Of a stretch of DNA of 27,761 nt, positions 1 through 9,135 are shown in pieces. Numbering within the stretch: position 1 is the stretch's first letter; each line of letters opens with the position of its first letter. The position numbers and the translations under genes are program-made. Origin of the DNA: Longimicrobiales bacterium (GTDB taxonomy: Bacteria; Gemmatimonadota; Gemmatimonadetes; Longimicrobiales; Gaopeijiaceae); NCBI GenBank assembly GCA_965197725.1, contig CBDANQ010000044.1:1-27761 (forward strand), read 5' to 3'. The notes beneath the pieces are model-generated. The model had not been told where the DNA came from, did no database searches, and saw only the letters and a program-made list of their open reading frames with translations.

Positions 1-1
1 G

Positions 2-313
2 TTACTGTCCGCCATCAGAAGCCGGGGCGAGATCGACAATCCCGATGAACGAGAAAGGGTGTTGCTGCAACGCCGACAGGAACTCGCTGATGCGGCTCAC
101 GACATCCAACGATCTACCCGACGAACACTCGGTAAGAACTTGGCATCGTGGTCTCTCGGGATCGCAGGCAGCGTCTTGTCAGTGGCCGCTCGTGACCCAC
201 TCGGCTTGGTGCTCACCGCAGCTGGCGTCATTTCCGAGATGGTTCCCAGCGGCCCCAAGAGGGTTAGCGCCTATTCCTACCTGTTCGCAGCCGATCACAC
301 ATTCGGAATGTAG
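2..313 (+). CDS. 3' part of a hypothetical protein entering from the window edge, with a hydrophobic C-terminal region
   Basis: Frame is open from nt 2 (LLSAIRSRGEIDNPDERERVLLQRRQELADAAHD...SAYSYLFAADHTFGM*). It has two glycine-rich hydrophobic stretches and converges on the defence-like locus. Confidence 0.6.
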   Translation, partial: LLSAIRSRGEIDNPDERERVLLQRRQELADAAHDIQRSTRRTLGKNLASWSLGIAGSVLSVAARDPLGLVLTAAGVISEMVPSGPKRVSAYSYLFAADHTFGM

Positions 314-401
314 GTTGCGCGCATCGTACTCGCGGCGATGGCCGTCCGGCATGCGGCCGGGAACACGGGTGGGGGCCACCCGCGCCGGCTTTCGCCCGGC
401 T

Positions 402-557
402 TCACGCTTGCGGCTTTCGGGCCAGTACGAAGTCGGAGATCTTCTGTGCGTCGGCCGCGGCTCGGCGGATCTCCCTGGGATCCTCCTTGAGGGCCGCGAC
501 CCAAACCTCGACTTAGGCGGCGCCCCAGCTCGGGTCGTGGCCTACGGCCACCCCCTC
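402..557 (-). pseudogene. C-terminal remnant of an ArdC-like (MPTase/zincin) antirestriction protein
   Basis: Not in the ORF track. Manual translation gives EGVAVGHDPSWGAA*VEVWVAALKEDPREIRRAAADAQKISDFVLARKPQA*, resembling the ArdC tail (AAYxxxWxxxLKxDxxxIxRAAxDAQKxxDF). An in-frame TAA at 513-515 replaces the expected Tyr. Confidence 0.65.
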
Positions 558-568
558 CCATGGCGCTG

Positions 569-3500
569 TCAGTCGCTGAGCAAATACTGAGTGACTAATG
601 CTCGTGTGATTGCTTGGCCGCGTGCGGAGAGCCGCCTGATGTTTTCCACCGACATCGCTGAGAAGTCAGTTGGGTAGTGGATTACCTCCTCGCGATCCAC
701 CCAGTTGGCGGGTTTAAGAGGTACACGACGGTCAATCTGGCCGAGAGCCGCGTAGATGAAGCCGTCTATGCGTCCGGACTCAGCGTGATCGTGGAGGCGC
801 GCCTTCGTCGCATCTTGAACCTTCCGCATGACCGCAGATACAACCTTCGTCATTCGCTTCGGCCAACTGCGCGGCATCGTCTCGCCAGTAAATTGCCCGG
901 CCCCGGCGTCGCTCGCGATGATGATGTCGGGGTTGTATGCGATTGCGCTGAGTAGGGAATCTCGGCCCGGTTCCATCACGCTGACCCCGAGGTTCTCGAA
1001 GACGCCGCCGTCAGTCACAATGACGCGATCCGTCGAGATTTTCCCCTGTTGCTCGAACGACCGCATCCATTCGAACGGCGGCAGGAACGGAGGATAGGCA
1101 GCCGAGGCCGCCACCGCGTCGGCAACTGGGAGTTCACTCGCGGATGCCCAACCGTATCTCCAGCTTCCGAAGCGTTCGTTGCTCATACGGAACGCGGTCC
1201 CGGTTCGAAGCTCGCACGCGTTGAAGACGATCGACTTGCCTTGGCGCGTGGGCGCATCGCAGTTCTGCGTGCCTACCGCGTCGGCGATGGCGTCGGCGAT
1301 GACGTGTGTGCGCGAGTACCGGCTTCGGATCGGCCAGGAAACGCGTGATACGGCGTCGACAGCGGGGCGGAGTGTGGGAAAGAGTGACCCGGCGAAACTA
1401 GCGATCCATGCTACCGAATCGGTCGCTAGGGTGGGCAGAGTCACAACGAGGAAGTTCCACAACAGCAGCAGAACGTGCGTGGGGTGGAGGAGTTGCTTCA
1501 GTGCGGGCCATACCAAACCGCGACGCAGGAACTTGACTGCGTTGCCGTCGATGTCGGCGAAGGGGGCTTCCGTATAGCCGAACAAACTGGTCATGACCGA
1601 TCCGCCGGAGACACCGGAGATTATATCTACTTCATCAAGGAGCTTGAGGTCTTCGAGCGCGCGTAGAGTGCCGAGATGAAACGCAACGGCGCGTGATCCG
1701 CCTCCGGACAGCGACAACCCGATGGCCTTGTCGAGTGCGGCTACCGGGGGTGGCGTTGTCAAGCCACCGCGGACGTTGATCGCCATTTCGATTCCGGTCC
1801 AGTGTGCGACTAAGTCGCGTTTCTCGAACGCGTATGCTCCCAGTTGCGGTCGCTCTCCAGCGGCATGTCCGACAATTACCATCAACTGATGCGCGCTGTC
1901 CACGTCTGCTGTGGCGAAGATGGTGCCGATGCCCGCGTAATCCGTCGCGCTGGGCTCGGCCCGGCTGACGGGATGGGAGTGCCAGGTTCCAACGTAACGC
2001 ATGATGCGGTGTGTGCGGTCTTTGTAGCCCTGGCACAGGTCGCTGGTGCCCTCCGTTCCGCAGACGAAGAGCTTGGTGGAGAACGTGCTGTCCCGCGGTG
2101 GTCCACTGACGTTGGTGATCCACGCTATCCCGAGGGTCTCGTCGAAGTCGCCGAAGAGCAATCCCCCGGTTTCGTGTTCCTCGGACCGTTCGCGTGCCCC
2201 GGCGTGAATCCAGCCGGTCATGTCCCGCCACGCGTTGGCTGACATGCGGAAGTCGATCCCGTCGGCCACCCAACGAATGTCGGGACGATACCGGATATCG
2301 TGTTGGTCGTGATCGGGCGACTGGGAGAAGAGGAAGCCGCTGGCGGTGTCGCCGGGCTCGGTTAGTCGGTCGGCCAACGCATTCAGTGCTCGGGCGGAAA
2401 GGCTGGCCACGTCGGCATGCGAGGCGACGAACGTTGGATCGGAGCATCCCGGTTCGGGCTGGCGGAGAGCTGTGCTGGCGTCGCTTGTCCAGAAGGCATG
2501 TGCCCAATTGCTCAGCCAAGGTCGATTGAGGGCCGTGAGGCCGAGACGACGAAGCACGTCGAGGGGTCCAGCTTTGTGTCCGAGTGGCGCGAGAACGGCG
2601 ACGGCGTACTGCGCTGTGGGGCTGACCATGATCGCAGCGACGGGGACACGCGGCGGGTGGTCCTTGAGTACGACCTCAAGCTTGCTTCTCACTCGTAGCG
2701 ACGCGGTCGCGTCGATAACGATATCGATGTCGGCGTCCCAGTCTGACCTGTTCAGTGTCTGGGAAATGATATTCTCTGCCTTGGTCGTCACCTTGAGGCC
2801 GGGCGCGACGGCGTGCAGCCGCCGCGCGAGTGCCTCGACCTTGGCGTCGTTGGTATCGATGGCGGAGAAGTTCTGGCGCACCAGTACACCGGGGGTGACG
2901 CGGGCTTGGTCGTAAAGCGTGAGTTCGCCGGCTCCGGCTCGCGCGAGGTGCTCCGCAATGAGGCCGCCGATCGCTCCGCAGCCCCAGAGTGCAACGCGTT
3001 TTCCGTGAAACCAGTCAACGGCCGTGCCCTTGTCTCGGCGCGTAATGATCTCGGGCCGATTTTCAAACACTTGGCACCAACGCACGCGTGCTTCGCTCCG
3101 CCAACTAATCAAGATCTGCCACACGGAGTCGATCAGGGCCTGGATCTGTTCAGGCGTTTCGCGACCCCTGTAGTGATTGCTAATGTCGCAGGCGAAGGAA
3201 GCATCGCGCAGCTTGGTGACGTCAGACGGTTCGATTTCCCAAAACGTGAGGTGTTGTCGTCGCTGAGAGAGGTCGCCGGCGACCCCCCGCGAGGGGGTGC
3301 CGATGCCGACATACAACGGCGCACCTTGGGAGACGCGCTCAGAGGCCAGCATCAGGTGCGCGAGTACGCGACTGCTTGGGACGCCCCTGATTTCAAGGTA
3401 TAGAAGCAGGTGGTGGACGGTTCGGGGATATTCGTACGGGAGTTCGAAGTCCAGCAAGACGGTTGGTGCGAACGAGACATCGTTCGGCACCGTGTAGACC

Positions 3501-3610
3501 GGCTGCCAGGCGTCGACCTCGAGGAGGTGGGGTTTGGTCCGCGTTAGCACGGCGGCGCCGAACCACGGCCAGTGGCTGCGATCCGGCGTGTCGGCGTTTA
3601 CACAGATGGA
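569..3610 (-). pseudogene. C-terminal ~1013 codons of an IS256-interrupted E2-E1(ThiF)-JAB-patatin fusion protein
   Basis: ThiF/E1 motifs KRVALWGCGAIGG, D..VTPGVLVRQ, DATAS and PEPGCSDPTF (Cys at 2444-2446). JAB motifs ETGGLLFG and WHSHPVSRAEPSATD. Patatin motifs LSGGGSRAVAFHLG, GVSGG and DGG. The first ~127 aa of the listed 1140-aa ORF are IS-derived. Confidence 0.9.
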
Positions 3611-5068
3611 GATGGTGTCCCGCTGACAGTTGAAGGTGGTGGCTCCAGAGTAACTCTTGGTTAACCTGCCTTCCTCATTTGGGCAACTGGTTCGTGGTCG
3701 TCGAGGTGGGCTTTGAGCATCCAGAGCTGGTCGAAGCCGATGATGCGGCGGTAGCTCTTCTCGGTCTCCACGAACGAGGCCGCCGCCCATCTGAGGGCCA
3801 TCGCTCCGTTCTTCCAATTCGTCACCCTGCGGGTCTTCTGTCTCACACCCGAGTGGGTGCTGTCGATCAGGTTGGTAGAGCCCAGGCATTTCCTTAGCCG
3901 GGGCGGTAGGCCGAGCCGGTTGATCGTGAACATCTCGCTGAGGCCTTCGCGTAGGCTGGCCGCGGCCGAAGGGTGATCTCGTTCGAGCCATCGGGCGAGC
4001 TGCTCGAGCTTCTGCTCGCCCTCCTTCGCGTCCAGCTTCATCGCTGCCCGGAACACCGCCTTCACCTGAGCGTGCTGATCCTTCGGCAGATGACCCAGCA
4101 CGTTGCGGAGCTTGTGGTTGCGGCAGCGCTGGATGGGGTGACGTTGGCCGAACACCTTCTCGATCGCCTTCCTGAGCGCTTTCGAGCCATCGATCACGAA
4201 CAGCCGCCGCCTGCCCGGGTCCAGGCCGCGCTCGACCAGATCCTCTAGGAGCGCGCTGGTCACCTCGGCGTTCTCACTCGCTCCTTCCCTCACGCCCAGC
4301 ACGTGCTTCTTTCCGTCTGAGTCCACGCCTACCGCAGCAAGCACGTGGTGCGAGCCCATCTGGATCCCGTCCAGGTAGATCACCAGGAGGTCCCACGCAT
4401 CCAGCCGGCGCTCCATCAGCTCCTTCAGCACGCGCTCCGAGGCCTCGACCGTCTCACGGCTCACCGCCGACTTGCTCACCCCGACCGTGTCGGCCATCTC
4501 ACCGATCACACGGCCGTACTTCCGCGTGCTCACCCCCGCCATCAGGACCTCGAGCATCCGATCCGCCACGGCGCCCGGTCTCCGCATCGCTGCGTACGCC
4601 GGCACCTCGACCTCGCCACCCTCCCCGGCGCCCCGGCGCCTGAGCCGTGGCCGCTCCACACGCACCTTCCGGTCCGACAGGTAAACCACACCACCCTGCC
4701 GGCCATACCACACCGTGTCGTCTTCCGCTCGTGACCGACCTGCCTGCTTCACGCCTGCCACACCCTCGGCGCTCATCTCCAGCACCGCTTCGATCGTCGC
4801 TCGTCCCATCACCTGGATGACTTCGGCGATCGCGACCTCCGTCTGCTCCACGAGATCAAGCATCGGAAGCAGAAACTGCCCCTCCCGCTTCAGGAACTCC
4901 CTGATCGCGCGCTTGTCCGCCCGATCCCTTACCTCGTACGTTCTCTTCATCGTGGTGGCTCCGTGTTGGGGGTTTTTCCCTGCCCGATCCTACCTGGATC
5001 GGGTCCCCCGGAGCCACCACTTCTTTTCTCCCCTATCAGGGACCTTCAACTACCGACGGGACAGCTTC
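3611..5068 (-). mobile_element. IS256-family insertion sequence, copy 1 (1458 bp)
   Basis: Imperfect 27-bp terminal IRs (GAAGCTGTCCCGTCGGTAGTTGAAGGT / GATGGTGTCCCGCTGACAGTTGAAGGT). 8-bp direct repeat CAGATGGA at 3603-3610 and 5069-5076. Near-identical to 19426-20883. Confidence 0.95.
3661..4950 (-). CDS. IS256-family (Mutator-like) DDE transposase
   Basis: 429 aa with GVSTRK, YLDG, VIDGSKAL, QRCRNHKLRN and STNLIDS motifs. The catalytic Glu position reads D in NLIDS. Confidence 0.95.
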   Translation of the reverse strand: MKRTYEVRDRADKRAIREFLKREGQFLLPMLDLVEQTEVAIAEVIQVMGRATIEAVLEMSAEGVAGVKQAGRSRAEDDTVWYGRQGGVVYLSDRKVRVERPRLRRRGAGEGGEVEVPAYAAMRRPGAVADRMLEVLMAGVSTRKYGRVIGEMADTVGVSKSAVSRETVEASERVLKELMERRLDAWDLLVIYLDGIQMGSHHVLAAVGVDSDGKKHVLGVREGASENAEVTSALLEDLVERGLDPGRRRLFVIDGSKALRKAIEKVFGQRHPIQRCRNHKLRNVLGHLPKDQHAQVKAVFRAAMKLDAKEGEQKLEQLARWLERDHPSAAASLREGLSEMFTINRLGLPPRLRKCLGSTNLIDSTHSGVRQKTRRVTNWKNGAMALRWAAASFVETEKSYRRIIGFDQLWMLKAHLDDHEPVAQMRKAG

Positions 5069-5535
5069 CAGATGGATGTCGAGGCGACAGTGTAGGCGAT
5101 GGGGGGATGCAGGGGCTCTTCTGGATGACCGAGCTCGTTTCGGGCGCCGCGTCGTAGCCATTCGTCGAGCTGGGCGATGAAACCGAACATGCCCAGGGAC
5201 GGGTTCCACTGGGTCTCGGGGGAGACGTACAGGCACAACCAGTGCCCCCAGTGAACGTGCCCAAAGCCGTGGAAGCGGGTGTGGGCGGTGACCGCACTAG
5301 GGGGGTTGAACGGGAATTCGGCCGGGATCCACAGCGTGATGCCTTCCCGGTCGTGCAGTCGCAGACCGCCTTCGACGTGCTCGTGACCGGTGCAATCGAG
5401 GGTGACGTGGACGACTAACGAGGCACCGGGGTCGGCGCTTTCCTCGACCCCTATAATCCGAACGGGTGATCGATCAGTATCTGCGATCCGTCGCAACTGG
5501 TCGAGTGCGGTGCGCTGGCCTTCACTCAGTGCCAC
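5069..5535 (-). pseudogene. N-terminal prokaryotic E2 (UBC-fold) domain of the IS-split fusion gene
   Basis: IPAEFPFNPP...HVHWGHWLCLY...WNPS...LDEWL fits an E2 fold with a catalytic Cys. The GTG start overlaps the MBL 3' end. Removing the IS and one TSD joins ...VASTSI to CVNADTP in frame. Confidence 0.88.
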
Positions 5536-6292
5536 GACCGAACCCGACAGCCGTCGCGGGCGGGATGGCCGCTCCGCTGGCAGCCTTTAGCGTCTGACTA
5601 ATCGACTTGCTGGATTCGGTCTCGCCGACATACGCGAAGCCGTTCGGGCTGACCTCGAAGATGATGGGCTCGGAGTTCTTCTCGTTCCGATGCTCCTGAG
5701 TGCAGATGAACTCGTTCGGGACGATGCGCTCGTACTGCACCTTCGCCTTGGCGTGCGGCGGGTTGTCGCCCGGATCGTTTCTGGCCGGCACTGGTTCAGA
5801 GCTCGAGACCACGTATCCCGGGTCGAGGGCAGCGTTGCCGAGGTCGCGAACGATGTCGTCCTTCCGCGTCTCGTCCTCCTCTCCGTCATCCTTCCAGTAC
5901 ATGACGGACTTGGAGCAATGATGGGGGGCGAGCAGTGCGTTCCACTGGACGGTCGCGGGCTCGCTGCGGTCAAAGATCCGTCGGATGACGGGATAGCTGA
6001 GGTCACCCATGAGCAGTGCCCGGCCGCAGCCGTTCCCGGTGTAGAGTGAGATTTGGAAGGCTAGGCTGCAGTCGTTGCGGTCGCCGAAGCTGTCGTCCTT
6101 GAACGGCGCGTGCACGAACACCTCGAATACATGGGAGAGATCGTCACCGTCTAGGATCGTGACAGTTTGGCCGGGAATGGTCAGGAACTCCTCGGGGAAA
6201 CCTTCGAAATCGGGTTTTTGCAGCAATTCGTCGTAGCCGATGATACGGATCCGATGACCGCGGCCGGGGTCACCTCCCGCGTCAATGGCCCG
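5522..6292 (-). pseudogene. 5'-truncated ComEC/Rec2-like metallo-beta-lactamase fold protein
   Basis: C-terminal MBL motifs RNDCSL, LLMGD and APHHCS. The frame extends upstream of the listed TTG (RAIDAGGDPGRGHRIRIIGYDELL) to a stop at the IS1595 junction (6293-6295). The N-terminal HxHxDH-type motif is absent. Confidence 0.8.
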
Positions 6293-6426
6293 TCAAGCAC
6301 ATGGACCGCTACCTGGAAGAGCTGGAGTGGCGGTTCAACAACCGGAACAACCCCTACATCTTCCACGACACGCTGGCCCGCATCATGAACACCGATCCGC
6401 TGGAGTACAGAGACCTGGTAGCCTAG
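6292..6426 (+). pseudogene. C-terminal fragment of an IS1595-family (ISXO2-like) transposase
   Basis: Manual translation VKHMDRYLEELEWRFNNRNNPYIFHDTLARIMNTDPLEYRDLVA* matches the KHLxRYLxExxxRFNxR signature. Confidence 0.8.
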
Positions 6427-7639
6427 TGTCACGTCATGCTTGTAGTGTCGTAATATAGATCGTATCTTCTCTGCATCCCCCACGCGGGAGGAATGCAGAT
6501 GAAGAAATACGTCGTGACGCTGCTCGAGGAGGAGCGCGAAGCTCTTGGCGCACTCACATCGAAGGGCAAGCACAGATCCCAGAAAATTCTCAACGCACTG
6601 ATCTTGCTGGGGTGTGATGCGGGCGAGTTTCAGACGGAGCGCTCGACGAATGAAGAGATCGCCCGCGTGCTGAAGATCAGCATGCGGAAGATCGATCGAG
6701 TGAAGAGGCGCTTCGTCGTTGACGGTCTTGAGGTGTGCCTGAACGGGACGAAGGGGAGCCGCGTCTACGCGAAGAAAGCGGACGGGGACCTTGAAGCTCA
6801 TCTGGTGGCGCTGAGTTGCAGTGACCCGCCGGAAGGCTTTGCGAGGTGGTCTCTGAGGTTGTTGGCGGACCAAGTCGTCGAGCTCGGCTACATCGACAGC
6901 GTCTCGCACGAAACCGTCCGTCGCGTTCTAAAAAAAACGAACTCAAGCCCTGGCGGCGGAAGGGATGGGTGATTCCGCCGGAGCACAACAGCAGTTTCGT
7001 CGCTCATATGGAGAGGGTGTTGGACGTCTACAAGCGACCGTTCGATCCCCTGCGTCCCGTGGTCTGCATGGACGAATCTCCCAAGCAACTGATCGCCGAG
7101 ACGAGGGTCCCGATTCCTGGGTTGCCGGGACGGGTGGCCAGACACGACTACGAATACAGGCGCTGCGGTGTATGCACGGTGTTCCTCGCAAGCGAGCCCT
7201 TGGCCGGAAAGCGCATGGTCAGGATCACGGAAAGAAGAACAAAGCGGGACTGGGCCCATTTCCTTGAGGAGATCGCAGACCAGTACGAAAGCGCGGAGAA
7301 GATCACGCTGGTCATGGACAACCTGAATACCCACGTGCCGGGATCGCTGTACGAGGCATTTGCCCCGGACAAAGCCAAGGCGCTATGGGATCGCTTCGAT
7401 TTCGTCTACACCCCGAAGCACGGAAGCTGGCTGAATGTGGCCGAAATCGAGTTGAACGTGCTCAGCACGCAGTGTCTGGACAGGAGAATCGACGACATCA
7501 ACGTGGTCCGACGCGAGGTCGAAGCGTGGCAGTCCTTCCGAGACAACAAGAACGCACGCGTCAATTGGCAGTTCACCACACCCGACGCACGGATCAAGCT
7601 CGCTCGGCTCTATCCGACATTCGATGAGTGACGCGACAC
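6426..7639 (+). mobile_element. IS630-family insertion sequence (~1214 bp) inserted at CTAG
   Basis: Terminal IRs GTGTCACGTCA / TGACGCGACAC, flanked by duplicated TA at 6424-6425 and 7640-7641. Confidence 0.9.
6499..7631 (+). CDS. IS630 transposase, made from HTH and DDE ORFs joined by a -1 frameshift
   Basis: The HTH ORF (RWSLRLLA, SHETVRRVLKK) overlaps the DDE ORF (CMDE, VMDNLNTH, SWLNVAEIE) at the A8 run 6930-6937. SD GGGAGG precedes ATG 6499. Confidence 0.9.
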
Positions 7640-7672
7640 TAGATAGGTTAGCGAAGTTCGGGGCCAACGCGG

Positions 7673-8126
7673 TCACTTGATACCCTGATTGACCAGAAGC
7701 TTGCGCGCCCGCGCAAGCTTTTCCATGAGCAGCAAGGTTGCCTAGCCCCTCGAGAAACGGTTCCCACATTTCGATATCGCTGTCCGGTAGGGGGATACCA
7801 AGTTCGTCGAGGGCAAAGGCGAGGCTCCTTATCTCTTGGGCGTGGTGTGGGTTGCTGGCAAGACCGGCGAACTGATAAAGCATGGCAGCCATCGATTCAA
7901 ACCTGTAGACCTTCCGGCGAGACCATTCCCAAACAGACCCACCCAGCCAGATTCCGCCACCCGTTGCCCCGGCAAGGGCGATGATGGGCAGCAAGGCGTC
8001 AATGAGCGGCCACATGGCTCCCACCTTGGATGCCGCTCCTTTGAAGTCCACCAACAGACCGGAGAACGCCGCCACCGTCGCGCACGGTGGCCAGAATCGC
8101 CGCCAAGCTTCGCGTCTCGTGTTCAT
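7673..8126 (-). CDS. Hypothetical membrane protein, probable IS1595 passenger, possibly frameshifted near its 3' end
   Basis: Hydrophobic helices (LIDALLPIIALAGATGGGIWLGG). As sequenced the frame runs on into IS630; removing one base from the 4-base run at 7719-7722 gives the plausible ending AHGKLARARKLLVNQGIK*. Confidence 0.45.
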
Positions 8127-8172
8127 TCCCCATGGTAACGGCCCCCATGCCTTGTGTCAATTAGATAATACC

Positions 8173-8528
8173 TAGGTCTCGCGTCGCTGGCTCAGGCCGA
8201 GGCGCGAATCGACGCGCTGGTGGAGGCCGGATACCACTACGTCCCCGAGTACGAAGACGATTTACCGAACCGGCGCTATTTCCGGAAACCCACCTTCCGA
8301 CCCCGCACGCATCACCTCCATTGTGTGGTGTTCGGCGGCGACTTCTGGGCGGCCCACATCGCTTTTCGTGACCATCTCAGGGCCCATCCGCCGAGGGCTC
8401 TGGAGTATGGCCGGTTGAAGCGTGAGCTGGCCCGCCTGCACGGATCCGACAAGCGAGCGTACACGGAGGCGAAGAGCCCCTTCATCGAGGCTATGCTGGC
8501 AGATGCGTCCACGGAAAACGGAGAGTAA
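8173..8528 (+). pseudogene. 5'-truncated GrpB-family (UPF0157) protein
   Basis: GYHYV...RRYFRK...THHLH...HIAFRDHLR...EYGRLK..LA...YTEAKSPFI. The frame is open back to the IS1595 end (GLASLAQAEARIDALVEAG), but the N-terminal HxGSTxV/KPxxD part is missing. Confidence 0.8.
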
Positions 8529-8548
8529 CCGCATGCCGCGACGCCGCT

Positions 8549-9091
8549 TCAACCGACCACGCCGGCTTCTCGATACCGATCGAGCCCCCTCTTCGCGTGC
8601 CCGATGAGCTTTCGGTCTTCCTCTTCGGCCAGTACACGCTCGAAGGTCGGAACAGCTCTCGCGTCCAGAAACTCGGACCCGAGCATCGCCACTGCCATCC
8701 GCCTCACGCGTAGGCTCTCATCGACCTCCACCCGCTCGATGAGAAGGGGCACCACGTCGACAGTGCACTTCGCGTCGGTGCAATGCTCACACGATATCGA
8801 GTGGACTGCCCAGAGCCTGGACCTTGGCCTTCGGATCGTCCAGGAGCGGTACCAGCGCATCCAGCGCCTCCGGATCGGCGATCTGATCCAGGCACATCGC
8901 ACACCAACGCCGCACCTCCAGTGAGCGTGCGCCAGGCCGTCGCGTATTGCCGGCACGGCATCGGCCCCCATCTCCACGAGCGCTAGGTAGGCGTCGAACC
9001 GGGTCTCGCCGTCCACGAGCGCACGAACGAGGTTGTGTCCGGTCGGATTCAGCGTGGGCTGCTTCGCTTCGATTGACCCCATCCTCTTCAT
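8549..9091 (-). CDS. HEAT-repeat (PBS lyase-like) protein with two compensating frameshifts
   Basis: HEAT-like segments LVEMGADAVPAIRDGL, VVPLLIERV and RVRRMAVAML. The central repeat EVRRWCAMCLDQIADPEALDALVPLLDDPKAKV lies in another frame between ~8920 and ~8820. Confidence 0.75.
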   Translation of the reverse strand: MKRMGSIEAKQPTLNPTGHNLVRALVDGETRFDAYLALVEMGADAVPAIRDGLAHAHWRCGVGVRCAWIRSPIRRRWMRWYRSWTIRRPRSRLWAVHSISCEHCTDAKCTVDVVPLLIERVEVDESLRVRRMAVAMLGSEFLDARAVPTFERVLAEEEDRKLIGHAKRGLDRYREAGVVG

Positions 9092-9135
9092 TCCTCAGCT
9101 TGACTGCACCACGATTCTCTGGCGAAGGAGCACGC

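Larger units (their letters stand above)
6292..8172 (+). mobile_element. Right-hand remnant of an IS1595-family element with a passenger gene and a nested IS630
   Basis: Transposase tail, then a passenger ORF, then GTGTCAATTAGATAATACC at 8154-8172 (reverse complement GGTATTATCTAATTGACAC, resembling IS1595 IRs). A truncated GrpB-family gene begins immediately after it. Confidence 0.65.

Noticed and set aside
569..3991. The listed 1140-aa ORF as a native protein
   Set aside because: Its first ~127 aa come from an alternative frame of IS256. The native N-terminus is at 5069-5535.
569..6292. Canonical type II CBASS or Pycsar call
   Set aside because: No CD-NTase or cyclase motifs are present, the upstream partner is an MBL, and the Cap2-like, Cap3-like and patatin parts are one polypeptide. 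A lost upstream cyclase cannot be fully excluded.
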